NCBI GenBank assembly: GCA_038065455.1
Contig: JBBTQX010000004.1
Span: forward strand, 1-64,000
Length of the DNA stretch: 64,000 nt
Direction of reading: 5' to 3'
Origin: Patescibacteria group bacterium
GTDB taxonomy: Bacteria > Patescibacteriota > Minisyncoccia > UBA6257 > GWB1-50-10
Positions 28,562 through 38,281 of this stretch are shown here, piece by piece; position 1 is the first letter of the stretch; each line of letters starts with the position of its first letter. Both the position numbers and the translations under genes were made by a program. Below the pieces are notes generated by a model that had not been told where the DNA came from, made no database searches, and was given only the letters and a program-made list of their open reading frames with translations.

Positions 28562-30643
28562 ATGACAAAAATGAAATCAAAACAAAAGAAAGGAGAGATA
28601 ACACCTCTTCATCCCGATACGATGAAAAGTATTTGGTTCGTGATTCTCTTTGGTCTTGCGATAATTTTTATTTTGGCCGGCACCGGCCAGGCGGGTCCCA
28701 TCGGCAACGGCTTTTACGGATTTTTCGGAAAACTTTTCGGCTGGGGCTATTGGCTTCTACCCGCGCTTTCGCTTCTTGTCGGTTTTGTTTCGCTTGCAAG
28801 CGACAGACGGAAATTGCTCGGCTCGGTGCTTATGGGCGGCATCATCTTTATTCTTTCCGCTTTGGGACTGATAGATATTATTTCGCCCGGAAACGGCGGT
28901 TGGGCGGGTATAGCCGTGGGCGCGCTTAAGATTCCTTTCGGCACTCCGGCTTCGGTTGTCATTACCATAACCGCGCTCGTGGTTTCTTTTCTCGTTATCG
29001 TGAACCGGCCGCTTAAACTGAATCTTTTGAACGGCAAAAAAGACAATGAGGAAGATGAGTTGGAAATAAACATACCCGAAGAACCGCCGGCTGCGCCTAA
29101 AAATGAAAAGAATCTGCCGACTGGCGGAAAAAAAGAGAATAGTCCGCCAGCTGGCGGAGAGGAAAATCTGGTAATAGAATCGAAAATGGAAATGCCAAAA
29201 ACGGGGGTTCTCGCTCGGCCGATAAAGAATTATGTCGCGCCGCCGCTCGACCTTTTAACCTCGACTACCGAGAAGCCGACTATCGGTGACCTGCGGGCAA
29301 ACGCGAACGTCATTAAACGGACTTTGGACGGCTTCGGTATCCCGGTCGAGATGGGAGAAATCAACGTCGGACCAACCGTTACCCGCTACACCTTAAAACC
29401 AGCCGAGGGAATCAAACTCTCCAGAATAACGGCTTTAAGCCAGGATTTAGCCATGTCTTTGGCCGCCCATCCTATTAGGATTGAAGCGCCGATTCCCGGC
29501 AAATCGCTCGTAGGCATCGAGGTGCCAAACAAAGCGGCGGCCGTCGTGCGGCTTGGTAGCCTTCTCTTGTATCCCGATTCCAAAAAATCCGGCCAGCTTT
29601 CTTTTGCCCTCGGACGGAATGTGAGTGGCGAGCCGATTTTCAAAGATATCGAAAAAATGCCCCACCTTTTGGTCGCAGGCGCGACCGGCTCCGGCAAATC
29701 CATCATGATTCACTCCATTATAATGTCTCTGCTCTATAAAAACTCGCCGGATATGCTCCGTTTTATAATGATTGACCCGAAACGCGTGGAACTTTCAATT
29801 TATAACGGCATTCCGCATCTTTTATCTCCCGTCATCACCGAGAATAAAAAATCAATCGCCGTCCTCCGCTGGGCCATTCAGGAAATGGATCGGCGCTACA
29901 AGCTCCTTCTGGGCGAGGGCTCGCGCGATATTACAAGTTACAATAAGTCCGGTAAGAATTCGCTACCTTATCTCGTAATCGTGATAGACGAATTGGCGGA
30001 TCTAATGACTTCCTACGGCCACGAAGTGGAGGGTTCAATTATCCGCCTAGCACAGATGGCCCGCGCGACCGGCATCCATCTCATTGTTTCCACCCAGCGG
30101 CCGTCGGTCGAGGTCATCACTGGCCTCATCAAAGCCAATATTACCTCGCGCATCGCGCTCCAAGTGGCGAGCCAGATAGATTCGCGGACGATACTGGATG
30201 CCGCCGGCGCGGAAAAACTTTTGGGGAGCGGCGACGCGCTCTTTACCTCCGCCGAACTTTCAAAACCTCTGCGCGTCCAGGGCGCGTATCTCACGGAGGA
30301 AGAAATAAAGAAGGTAACCGAATTTATCAAAAAGAATAATGAGAGCGCCGATGAGGGCATAAATGTTTCGGGTAATAACGGCACCGGAGAAGAAACCTCG
30401 GTGAATCTCAACTTCGACGACTTCGATACCGATGGCGCCGACGAACTTCTCGAAGAAGCGATTGAAACCGTCCGGGCCGCGAAAAAAGCTTCGGCTTCTC
30501 TCCTTCAGAGACGGCTTAAAGTCGGCTATGCCCGGGCCGCGAGACTCTTGGATATAATGGAGGAAAAAGGCATAATCGGGCCGGGGGACGGAGCGAAACC
30601 CCGGGAAGTGTTTTATAATGACGGGGAAGGAAATGGAGAATGA
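28562..30643 (+). CDS. ftsK: DNA translocase FtsK/SpoIIIE
   Basis: N-terminal TMs, PHLLVAGATGSGKS, IDELADLM, TQRPS, gamma domain LQRRLKVGYARAAR. Confidence 0.95.
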   Translation: MTKMKSKQKKGEITPLHPDTMKSIWFVILFGLAIIFILAGTGQAGPIGNGFYGFFGKLFGWGYWLLPALSLLVGFVSLASDRRKLLGSVLMGGIIFILSALGLIDIISPGNGGWAGIAVGALKIPFGTPASVVITITALVVSFLVIVNRPLKLNLLNGKKDNEEDELEINIPEEPPAAPKNEKNLPTGGKKENSPPAGGEENLVIESKMEMPKTGVLARPIKNYVAPPLDLLTSTTEKPTIGDLRANANVIKRTLDGFGIPVEMGEINVGPTVTRYTLKPAEGIKLSRITALSQDLAMSLAAHPIRIEAPIPGKSLVGIEVPNKAAAVVRLGSLLLYPDSKKSGQLSFALGRNVSGEPIFKDIEKMPHLLVAGATGSGKSIMIHSIIMSLLYKNSPDMLRFIMIDPKRVELSIYNGIPHLLSPVITENKKSIAVLRWAIQEMDRRYKLLLGEGSRDITSYNKSGKNSLPYLVIVIDELADLMTSYGHEVEGSIIRLAQMARATGIHLIVSTQRPSVEVITGLIKANITSRIALQVASQIDSRTILDAAGAEKLLGSGDALFTSAELSKPLRVQGAYLTEEEIKKVTEFIKKNNESADEGINVSGNNGTGEETSVNLNFDDFDTDGADELLEEAIETVRAAKKASASLLQRRLKVGYARAARLLDIMEEKGIIGPGDGAKPREVFYNDGEGNGE

Positions 30644-31292
30644 AAAGAAAAAATTAAACAATCTCATCCTTGAAGCTTTGAAACTCAAAGGGATGAATCT
30701 GGAAAAGCTTTCCCAGCTGACCGGGGTTTCCGAACATTCGCTCGCTCTGCTTCTTGAGGAGCAATTCGACAAATTGCCGCCCGCGCCCTATGTCCGCGGC
30801 TATTTGCTCAAGATCGCCGAGGTTCTGAACCTGGACGGCCGGGAACTTTGGCGGGAATATCTTAAAAATAACGAGGAAATCCGCCGTTCCGGCAAAGAAG
30901 ATATCTTGCCGTTGAACCGGTTCGCCATACCGAAACTCAATAAAAAAATTGTCGCAATTTCCGGAGCGGTTATTTTGTTCGTCGCGCTCGTCATTTTCCG
31001 CCTGCCGGCTTTTTTCGGCCAGCCGGAACTCGAAATTTCGAATATTGACGAGAATCCGACCATTGTCCGCGAGGCCACGTTCGCCGTCCGTGGTATAATG
31101 AATCCGACTGATGAACTTATGATAAACGGCGAGGTCATCTATCCTCAAAAAGACGGAAACTTCGAAAAAAACATATTGCTTCAGCCCGGCTTCAATAATG
31201 TAGTGTTCCAAATAAAAAAATTGCTTGGTCGAGTCTATATGGTAGAAAAACAAATTTTCTATCAAACCAAAGAAAAAAATGAAACCCAATAA
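30633..31292 (+). CDS. RodZ-like HTH protein with TM and Ig-like C-terminus
   Basis: HTH_25-like LP...YVRGYL..IA..L; central TM; position after ftsK. Confidence 0.7.
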   Translation: MENEKKKLNNLILEALKLKGMNLEKLSQLTGVSEHSLALLLEEQFDKLPPAPYVRGYLLKIAEVLNLDGRELWREYLKNNEEIRRSGKEDILPLNRFAIPKLNKKIVAISGAVILFVALVIFRLPAFFGQPELEISNIDENPTIVREATFAVRGIMNPTDELMINGEVIYPQKDGNFEKNILLQPGFNNVVFQIKKLLGRVYMVEKQIFYQTKEKNETQ

Positions 31293-32322
31293 ACAGGAAA
31301 AGGAAAAAGCCGGCGAGAGCATTGATTCACTCATCGAATCCATCCAGTCGCGCTTCGGCGACGGCTCCATAATGAGGTTAGGAGAAAATCATCATTCCAA
31401 GGTGGCGGTCGTGCCTTCCGGTTCGTTCTCGTTGGATATCGCCCTAGGCGGAGGATTGCCCAAAGGAAGAGTAATCGAAATATTCGGACCGGAATCTTCC
31501 GGCAAGACGACGCTCGCGCTCCACGCGGTCGCCGAAGCACAGAAGCGCGGCGGCAAGGCTGCTTTTATAGATGCCGAACACGCCCTTGATCCGGAATATG
31601 CCGCGCGCATCGGCGTGAAGGTGAAAGACCTCATTATTTCCCAGCCGGACAACGGCGAAGAGGCGCTGAATATCCTGGAAAGCCTCGTGCGCTCCAACAT
31701 TATAGACGTGGTGGTAATAGATTCCGTCGCGGCCCTCACCCCGAAGGCCGAAATCGAGGGCGAGATGGGTCAATCGCATATGGGGCTCCAAGCGCGCCTC
31801 ATGTCCCAAGCCCTCCGCAAACTCACCGCTATCGCGGACAAATCCGGCACGATAGTTATTTTCATAAACCAGACTCGGATGAAGATCGGCCTCGTCTTCG
31901 GCAATCCTGAAACGACGACCGGCGGAATGGCTTTAAAATTCTATGCCTCCGTTCGCATCGATATCCGCCGCATCGCCCAGGTAAAAAAGGGGGAGGATAT
32001 TATCGGCAACCGGGTGAAGGCCAAAATAGTCAAAAATAAAGTGGCACCGCCTTTCCGCATTGCCGAATTCGACATTATGTATGGCGAGGGCATTTCCTAC
32101 GAAGCCGATGTGATGAACACCGCCTTGAAATACGAAGTAATGAAAAAGAACGGCGCGAGTTTTTCTTTCGGCGAAGAGAAGTTGGGAGTCGGATTCGACA
32201 ATGTCCGGCTGAAACTCAAAGAAGACAAAAAACTCCTTGAATCGATAAAGAAAAAGACCCAGGAGGCAGCCGACAAAAAGATTATAATTGGAGCTAGTCC
32301 TTCAACTGTTAGCGAAGAATAA
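31279..32322 (+). CDS. recA: Recombinase RecA
   Basis: [34 protein letters not shown]. Confidence 0.98.
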   Translation: MKPNKQEKEKAGESIDSLIESIQSRFGDGSIMRLGENHHSKVAVVPSGSFSLDIALGGGLPKGRVIEIFGPESSGKTTLALHAVAEAQKRGGKAAFIDAEHALDPEYAARIGVKVKDLIISQPDNGEEALNILESLVRSNIIDVVVIDSVAALTPKAEIEGEMGQSHMGLQARLMSQALRKLTAIADKSGTIVIFINQTRMKIGLVFGNPETTTGGMALKFYASVRIDIRRIAQVKKGEDIIGNRVKAKIVKNKVAPPFRIAEFDIMYGEGISYEADVMNTALKYEVMKKNGASFSFGEEKLGVGFDNVRLKLKEDKKLLESIKKKTQEAADKKIIIGASPSTVSEE

Positions 32323-32324
32323 AT

Positions 32325-32351
32325 AAAAATCCGACATAATGTCGGATTTTT
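32325..32351. terminator. Bidirectional terminator between recA and folD
   Basis: aaaaatccgacat-a-atgtcggattttt. Confidence 0.7.
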
Positions 32352-33165
32352 ATTTTAAATTGAGCTTGAAGAAATTTTCAAAAAGCTTGGCGACGAGAAT
32401 CGGGCCGGTGCCGCCGGGAGTCGGCGTATAACAAATAGATTCGGAAACGCTCATCGGATTGAAATCGCCGGAAATTTTATCTCCACTCATCCCATATCCG
32501 AAATCAATTACGAGCGCATCATTTTTCACCATTTCTGATTTTATCAATCCGGCTTGCCCAGTACCCAAAATGATCAGATCGGCCTGTTTTAAAATCTTTA
32601 GATCACTTCCTATATCTAAACAATATAATTCGGCGCACTTGCCTTTGAGCCAAACGGATACCGGCTTACCCACTAAAAATCCCAAACCTACTACCGCTAC
32701 GCGATAATTTTCAATCCGCCAGTCGGCGGACAATATACAATTTTCAACTATTTCTTGAACAACGCCGACGGCGGGAGGTAAAACCGGATTCCGACCGGTG
32801 TAGAAAGCGCCGAGCGCCCGTTCGCCCAAAACATCGATGTCCTTTTCTCGCGAAATGGCGTTCAAAACATATTGGCAGTCGATATGGGCCGGAAGCGGCA
32901 ACTGGACTATCGCTCCGCCGCACGTTTTATGTTTCGCGATTTTCAAAATCTCCTTCCGCAAGCCGTCCTGACCGATGCTTTCGGAAAATTTATAGAGCCG
33001 AAAATCCACACCAATCTCTTTCGCAATTTTTTCCTTTTGTTTTACAAAACTGGCCGACGCCGCGTCATCTCCGATTAAAAAAACCGCCATAAATTTATTC
33101 GGTTTTTCCGATTTTTTCAAATTCTCCAATATCCCTTCCGCGATTTTCTTCCCGTCTATTACCAT
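32350..33165 (-). CDS. folD: Methylenetetrahydrofolate dehydrogenase/cyclohydrolase
   Basis: IDGKKIA, IVQLPLP, KDIDV, LVGKP, TPTPGGTGP. Confidence 0.9.
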   Translation of the reverse strand: MVIDGKKIAEGILENLKKSEKPNKFMAVFLIGDDAASASFVKQKEKIAKEIGVDFRLYKFSESIGQDGLRKEILKIAKHKTCGGAIVQLPLPAHIDCQYVLNAISREKDIDVLGERALGAFYTGRNPVLPPAVGVVQEIVENCILSADWRIENYRVAVVGLGFLVGKPVSVWLKGKCAELYCLDIGSDLKILKQADLIILGTGQAGLIKSEMVKNDALVIDFGYGMSGDKISGDFNPMSVSESICYTPTPGGTGPILVAKLFENFFKLNLK

Positions 33166-33210
33166 TGATTTAGCAAAAGAAACGTGTTGTGGATAAGAGG
33201 AGGATAAGCC

Positions 33211-34431
33211 CTATTTAATAGGGAAATCCTTGCAGATTCGGCCTACTTCTTTTTTGAGGATTTCCGGTTTTTTCTCTTTCAAAAGCGCTTCGGAAATGAG
33301 CCGCCCGATTATTTTCATCTGCCTTTCTTTTAAACCGCGGGTCGTGAGCGCGGCCGTTCCCAGCCGGATGCCCGACGGGCTCATTGGCGTGCGTGTGTCG
33401 TGCGGAATGGTGTTTTTGTTCGCGATAATACCGATATCTTCCAGAAGCTCGCTGGTTTCCTGTCCGCTCAAACCGCGCGCCCAAGTATCCAAAAGTATAA
33501 GATGCGAATCCGTGCCGCCCGAAACTATTTTCCAATGAAGTTTTTTCAGAGTCTCCGCGAGAGCTTTGGCATTTCTGACCGTCTGCTTCGCATACTTCCT
33601 AAAGCCAGGTTCGGCCGCTTCTTTCAGAGCCACGGCTGTCGCGGCGATCTGATTGCCGTGAGGGCCGCCCTGAAGGCCGGGGAAAACGCTTTTATCTATC
33701 GCTTCCGAGAATTTATTGCGCGAGAAGATGAGCGCCGCTCTCGGTCCGCGCAAAGTTTTGTGCATTGTGGTCGTAACCACGTCGGCCGAAGAAAATGGCG
33801 AAGGATAAGCGCCGCCCGCGATCAAGCCCGCGAAATGGGACATATCCACCATAAAAATCGCACCGGAAGATTTGGCGATTCTCTGGAATTTTTTGAAATC
33901 GATTATCCGAGAGTAAGCGGTGTAGCCGGCCACAATTAGTTTCGGCCGTTCTTTTTTCGCGATTCCGGAAACTTCGCCGTAATCGAGTTGGCCACTGCCT
34001 TTTTGGACAACGTAAGGAATAATCTTCCACAACTTTCCCGTCACGCTCACCTTGTGGCCATGGGTAAGGTGGCCGCCCATATCCAAACGCAACCCCATAA
34101 TCTTTTCTCCGACCGGAACGAGCGCGAGATAAACGGCGAGATTGGCGGGGGAGCCGGAATAAGGCTGGATATTCACGGACCATTCTTTGGGTGAAAGCCG
34201 GAAAAGCTTCAAGGCGCGCTCTTTCGTAAGGTCTTCCAGCTTGTCCATCACTTCGTTCCCGCCATAATACCTCATTTTAGAGTAGCCTTCCGCGTATTTA
34301 TTGGTAAAAACGGAGCCTAGGGCAGCCAAAACATCGTCGGAGACGTAATTTTCCGAAGCAATCAGATTCAAAGTGTCGTTTTGCCGCTTAGCCTCGCTGT
34401 TTATGAGATTTTCGACGATTTTATCGTTCAT
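33211..34431 (-). CDS. glyA: Serine hydroxymethyltransferase
   Basis: LIASEN, NKYAEGY, GGHLTHG, TTTMHKTLRGPR, FPGLQGGP. Confidence 0.96.
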   Translation of the reverse strand: MNDKIVENLINSEAKRQNDTLNLIASENYVSDDVLAALGSVFTNKYAEGYSKMRYYGGNEVMDKLEDLTKERALKLFRLSPKEWSVNIQPYSGSPANLAVYLALVPVGEKIMGLRLDMGGHLTHGHKVSVTGKLWKIIPYVVQKGSGQLDYGEVSGIAKKERPKLIVAGYTAYSRIIDFKKFQRIAKSSGAIFMVDMSHFAGLIAGGAYPSPFSSADVVTTTMHKTLRGPRAALIFSRNKFSEAIDKSVFPGLQGGPHGNQIAATAVALKEAAEPGFRKYAKQTVRNAKALAETLKKLHWKIVSGGTDSHLILLDTWARGLSGQETSELLEDIGIIANKNTIPHDTRTPMSPSGIRLGTAALTTRGLKERQMKIIGRLISEALLKEKKPEILKKEVGRICKDFPIK

Positions 34432-34533
34432 TGTTTCTTTAGTATAATCTTAAAAAATCAAAAACACAAAGAAAAAGCGGGTGGTATACTCAAGTATACC
34501 ACCCTGTTTTTTAATCAAAGTAATCAGTCCGAA

Positions 34534-34821
34534 CTATTTATTCAGTAAATCGTTCAGATCATTCAGCGAGTTCTGTTCATCTTGAAGCCCGGAAAAACTG
34601 TCGGGAAGAGAGGTTTTGGCCGGCGTGCTTGTGGGCGTTGTAGTCGCAATATTATTTTCCGCCGGCAATTGGGCGTTGTAGTCATCTTCGGTCAGATTGG
34701 CCGCCGGGAACACTTCGGCCGGAGGAGGAAATATCATCGGAATGTAGGCGGCCATAAGTCCGATTGCCATTAAAATAGCGAAGGTTGCCAACACCACCCG
34801 ATTATTTTTGAAGCTGTTCAT
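34534..34821 (-). CDS. Hypothetical small membrane-anchored protein
   Basis: TM helix then Thr/Pro-rich tail; overlaps upstream gene end. Confidence 0.6.
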   Translation of the reverse strand: MNSFKNNRVVLATFAILMAIGLMAAYIPMIFPPPAEVFPAANLTEDDYNAQLPAENNIATTTPTSTPAKTSLPDSFSGLQDEQNSLNDLNDLLNK

Positions 34822-35384
34822 AAAAGCTGATTTTGAGCCGATAGTTCTTCCTTATATTCTATCGCAAGTTTGGTCATTCGGGAAGAATAGCGCTCCGGTA
34901 TCCAGAGATAGCCTTGTTTTTTGATGAGTTCATACAGCTCTTTCGTCACCTTCACATCCTGCAGGCAATAATCCTTGAGTTCTTGGATCTCCCCTCGCCG
35001 ATACATTTCTATCGCCTCTAGCCCGTGGCTGGATTTGCCGATACCGAGATTCGCCTCGGCCAGAATTCCCAAACCGATGCGCCGGCCGAGATTCTTTTCC
35101 ACTTCTTCGAGAATGTCGAAGTGCTCGATGGAATTGAAATTAAAGCTGAAATATTTTTCGAGGACCGGCAAATCGAAACGCACGCCGGCAAAGGTAACGA
35201 TAAGCTGAGTGCGCTTTAAAAGCTCGCCCAGTTTTTCCATCTCGTGCTCGTCAAAAGCGAAATATTTGTCTTCGTCGTAGGAGTAAACGCCTACTACCGA
35301 CACCGACAAATCTTTCAGGTGGTCGCGGCCGCCCACATCCTCGAAGGAGTTTTTCGTCTCGATGTCCAATATAATACGGTCCAT
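34818..35384 (-). CDS. YprB-like RNase H-fold 3'-5' exonuclease domain protein
   Basis: LDIET, F.G..FDLP, YC.QDV (DEDD-type motifs). Confidence 0.8.
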   Translation of the reverse strand: MDRIILDIETKNSFEDVGGRDHLKDLSVSVVGVYSYDEDKYFAFDEHEMEKLGELLKRTQLIVTFAGVRFDLPVLEKYFSFNFNSIEHFDILEEVEKNLGRRIGLGILAEANLGIGKSSHGLEAIEMYRRGEIQELKDYCLQDVKVTKELYELIKKQGYLWIPERYSSRMTKLAIEYKEELSAQNQLL

Positions 35385-35385
35385 G

Positions 35386-35889
35386 TTAAACGTGTCGGTC
35401 CGCAACTTTGGAGGCGGCATAGCTGTCGGGCTTGGTTTTTGCCTCGAAATTGTTGGCCCGCACCATTCCCACGACTTCCTGAATGAGATTTTTGGTCGGG
35501 CCGTTTTCGCCCACGTCCACGTGGATTTCGAAATCCCAGTTCAATTTCACGCCTTGCGCCGCCTGCTCTTTCGTAACTTTTTCCAAGTCGGTCAGAATGG
35601 CTTTCGCGGTATCGATGGAGAGCATTACTTCCTGGATGATGCGGTCGTGGAGATTGTAGAATTTGCCCATATCAAGCCGGCGCCAGAAATACCGGCCGCC
35701 ATTCCCCACGCGGTGCACCACAATTGCGGTTACGAAGTCTGCATCGTTGTCCTGCAAACGCAAAGAATCGCTTCCGATAATCACTTTGTAATGCGCGTTC
35801 GGCTTTATTTTTATGAAATCTAAAATCTCCCGCACAACCTGGTCGGCATCAATTTTTAATCCGTATGATGTGTTGAAAACCGTATTCAT
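35386..35889 (-). CDS. YkuK/DUF458 RNase H-like protein
   Basis: IIGSDS, TAIVVHR, EIHVDVG..G.T, KP.SYAAS.VADRH. Confidence 0.82.
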   Translation of the reverse strand: MNTVFNTSYGLKIDADQVVREILDFIKIKPNAHYKVIIGSDSLRLQDNDADFVTAIVVHRVGNGGRYFWRRLDMGKFYNLHDRIIQEVMLSIDTAKAILTDLEKVTKEQAAQGVKLNWDFEIHVDVGENGPTKNLIQEVVGMVRANNFEAKTKPDSYAASKVADRHV

Positions 35890-35959
35890 TGTTGATATAA
35901 AAATACGCCCCAGGAAGGGGCGGTGTCAAATGAAACTCTATTTTTTTCTTCAGGACTTC

Positions 35960-36106
35960 TTAACGTCGGCCCAAAAGAAACAATAGCCCCAACAGAACGA
36001 ATATCGCCGCCTCCAGCCAATTTTGTTTTTGAAAAGCTTCAATTAAAGCTAATCCGAAAAATAATACAAATACCGCGAAGTTGGCGCCGAACTTAATCTT
36101 TTTCAT
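35960..36106 (-). CDS. 48-aa two-TM small membrane protein (below ORF-track cutoff)
   Basis: Hand translation: MKKIKFGANFAVFVLFFGLALIEAFQKQNWLEAAIFVLLGLLFLLGRR; starts 3 nt after tRNA-Val. Confidence 0.5.
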   Translation of the reverse strand: MKKIKFGANFAVFVLFFGLALIEAFQKQNWLEAAIFVLLGLLFLLGRR

Positions 36107-36109
36107 TTG

Positions 36110-36181
36110 TGGGCGATGAGGGATTTGAACCCCCGGCCTTCATCGTGTAAAGATGTTGCTCTACCACTGAGCTAATCGCCC
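36110..36181 (-). tRNA. tRNA-Val(TAC)
   Basis: GGGCGATTAGCTCAGTGGTAGAGC...TTTACAC...GGTTCAAATCC...ATCGCCCA cloverleaf; CCA not encoded. Confidence 0.92.
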
Positions 36182-36188
36182 TGGATTG

Positions 36189-36262
36189 TCGGCCCGGAAG
36201 GACTCGAACCTTCGAATAGACGAGGTATAAGCTCGTTGCATTAGCCGCTATGCTACGGGCCG
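36189..36262 (-). tRNA. tRNA-Ile(TAT)
   Basis: CGGCCCG acceptor stem, anticodon stem ACGAG/CTCGT with loop CTTATAC, T-arm GGTTCGAGTCC. Confidence 0.85.
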
Positions 36263-38107
36263 TTAGGCCTTCAATCCTACTTGCTTCAGATTAAAGCTTT
36301 TTATGATTTTGTAAAACTCTTCCTGTTCCAAGGTCTCTTTTTCCATGAGCGCCTTAGCGATGGTATCCAGAACGGTGCGGTGGGCCGTCACGATTTTTTT
36401 GGCGATGTTTAAGGTCTTCTCGATTATCTTATTCACCTCGGCATCTATTTCAGTACCGACGGTTTCGGAATAATCTTTTTCAGTCGTCATCTCGCGGCCC
36501 AAAAAAATCAGTTCTTGGGTCTTGCCAAAGGTGCGCGGCCCGAGTTTTTCACTCATGCCATATCTGGTCACCATCCGATGGGCATCGTCCGTCGCATTCT
36601 TGATATCACTCGAGGAGCCGGTCGTAATGTCTTTGAAAACCAATTGCTCCGCCACATATCCGCCGAAGGATACGGCGAGGTCGGCCAAAAACTGCGTCTT
36701 GGTGCGGAGATGGGTTTCTTCAAGCGGCAATTTTATCGTATAACCGCCGGCCATTCCTCGGCTGATAATGGAAACCTTGTGTATCGGGTCGGCATCTTTC
36801 AAAGCCGCCGCGACAAGCGCGTGGCCGGCCTCGTGATAGGCGGTGATTTTCTTTTCGTTGTCGGAGATGACGCGGCTTCGGCGCGCGGGTCCGAGCATCA
36901 CTTTCTCGATGGAACTCAAAAAATCTTCCTGGTCGACAATTTTCTTATTCTCCCGGGCGGCTTTGATGGCCGCTTCGTTTATGAGATTCGCCAAGTCCGC
37001 TCCGGCGAAGCCCGGCGTGCGCACCGCCACCACTTTCAAATCGACATTTTTCGCGAGCGGCTTTCCGATGGCGTGGATTTTCAAAATCTCTTCCCGGTCT
37101 TTGATGTCGGGACTGTCCAGAACCACGCGCCGATCGAATCGGCCGGGTCTCAAAAGCGCGGCGTCCAAAACATCCGGGCGATTTGTTGCCGCCATCACGA
37201 TAACATTGGAGTTCCGTTCAAAGCCATCCATTTCAACGAGAATTTGATTCAAGGTCTGTTCGCGCTCGTCATGGCCGCCGCCCATCCCGGTGCCGCGCTC
37301 GCGTCCCACCGCATCAATCTCATCTATGAAAATAATGGAAGGCGCGGCTTTCTTGGCTGTCATAAACAAATCCCGCACGCGGCTTGCACCCACGCCCACG
37401 AACATTTCGACGAATTCCGAAGCGGAGATATGAAAAAAAGGAACATTGCTCTCGCCCGCCACCGCCCGGGCCAAAAGGGTTTTGCCCGTGCCCGGCAGAC
37501 CCATCAGAAGCACGCCGCGGGGAATACGCGCGCCGATATCCAGAAATTTCTTGGAATTTTTCAAAAAATCCACTACTTCGCGCAATTCTTCTTTGGCTTC
37601 TTTCAATCCCGCCACATCCTTGAAGGTCACCTTGTCCTTACTTCGGGAAAAGAGCTTGATGTTCATTTTGCCGAATGAAAAGGCCTGATTCGCTCCGGTC
37701 TTCGCTTGGCGGAATATCCACCAAAAAATCAAAACCATAACGATTATGGGCAGGATAATCGGAACAAGAATACCCATCCAATATTTGAAACCACTCTCGT
37801 CTTGGACGCTCAGTTGCAGTTTTATCAAAGCTTCTTTCGTTACGCCGTAACCGGTGAGCGTTTCGATTATTCCCGTCTCGTTCTCCTTGCGCGAATGGGC
37901 GTTCGTCCCATCGTTCAATTTTATTTCCAAATCATTGCCATTCACATTCACGCTCTTCACCTCGCCTGCGATTATTTTTTGGGCCAGAGCGTCAATTGTG
38001 AGCTTCTGCGAATCCGTACCGGCCGGCGCCGAAAAAAGCGAAAAGATAAAAGCGACGAAAAATAAAAGGATTATGGCGCCCGTGAAATTTTTGGTAAACT
38101 TTTTCAT
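36263..38107 (-). CDS. ftsH: ATP-dependent zinc metalloprotease FtsH
   Basis: Two TMs, [11 protein letters not shown] motif, HEAGH. Confidence 0.97.
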   Translation of the reverse strand: MKKFTKNFTGAIILLFFVAFIFSLFSAPAGTDSQKLTIDALAQKIIAGEVKSVNVNGNDLEIKLNDGTNAHSRKENETGIIETLTGYGVTKEALIKLQLSVQDESGFKYWMGILVPIILPIIVMVLIFWWIFRQAKTGANQAFSFGKMNIKLFSRSKDKVTFKDVAGLKEAKEELREVVDFLKNSKKFLDIGARIPRGVLLMGLPGTGKTLLARAVAGESNVPFFHISASEFVEMFVGVGASRVRDLFMTAKKAAPSIIFIDEIDAVGRERGTGMGGGHDEREQTLNQILVEMDGFERNSNVIVMAATNRPDVLDAALLRPGRFDRRVVLDSPDIKDREEILKIHAIGKPLAKNVDLKVVAVRTPGFAGADLANLINEAAIKAARENKKIVDQEDFLSSIEKVMLGPARRSRVISDNEKKITAYHEAGHALVAAALKDADPIHKVSIISRGMAGGYTIKLPLEETHLRTKTQFLADLAVSFGGYVAEQLVFKDITTGSSSDIKNATDDAHRMVTRYGMSEKLGPRTFGKTQELIFLGREMTTEKDYSETVGTEIDAEVNKIIEKTLNIAKKIVTAHRTVLDTIAKALMEKETLEQEEFYKIIKSFNLKQVGLKA

Positions 38108-38216
38108 CCCGTTAGAAACAGGATGCGCTTTTTAAGCGTATCCGTATTATTAAACTTATTTATTTCTTTATTTTTCATGGAATATTCTATATTATACTTA
38201 GCAAATTTCTAACGGG
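38108..38216. mobile_element. MITE-like element family A, copy 3 (109 bp)
   Basis: cccgttagaaa / tttctaacggg TIR, AT flanks, internal GGATGCGC...GCGTATCC hairpin. Confidence 0.75.
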
Positions 38217-38281
38217 ATGAATATTTTATATCATAACAAAAAAACAAACCGCCCTCAAATGAGAGCGGGTTCGAGTTTCTA

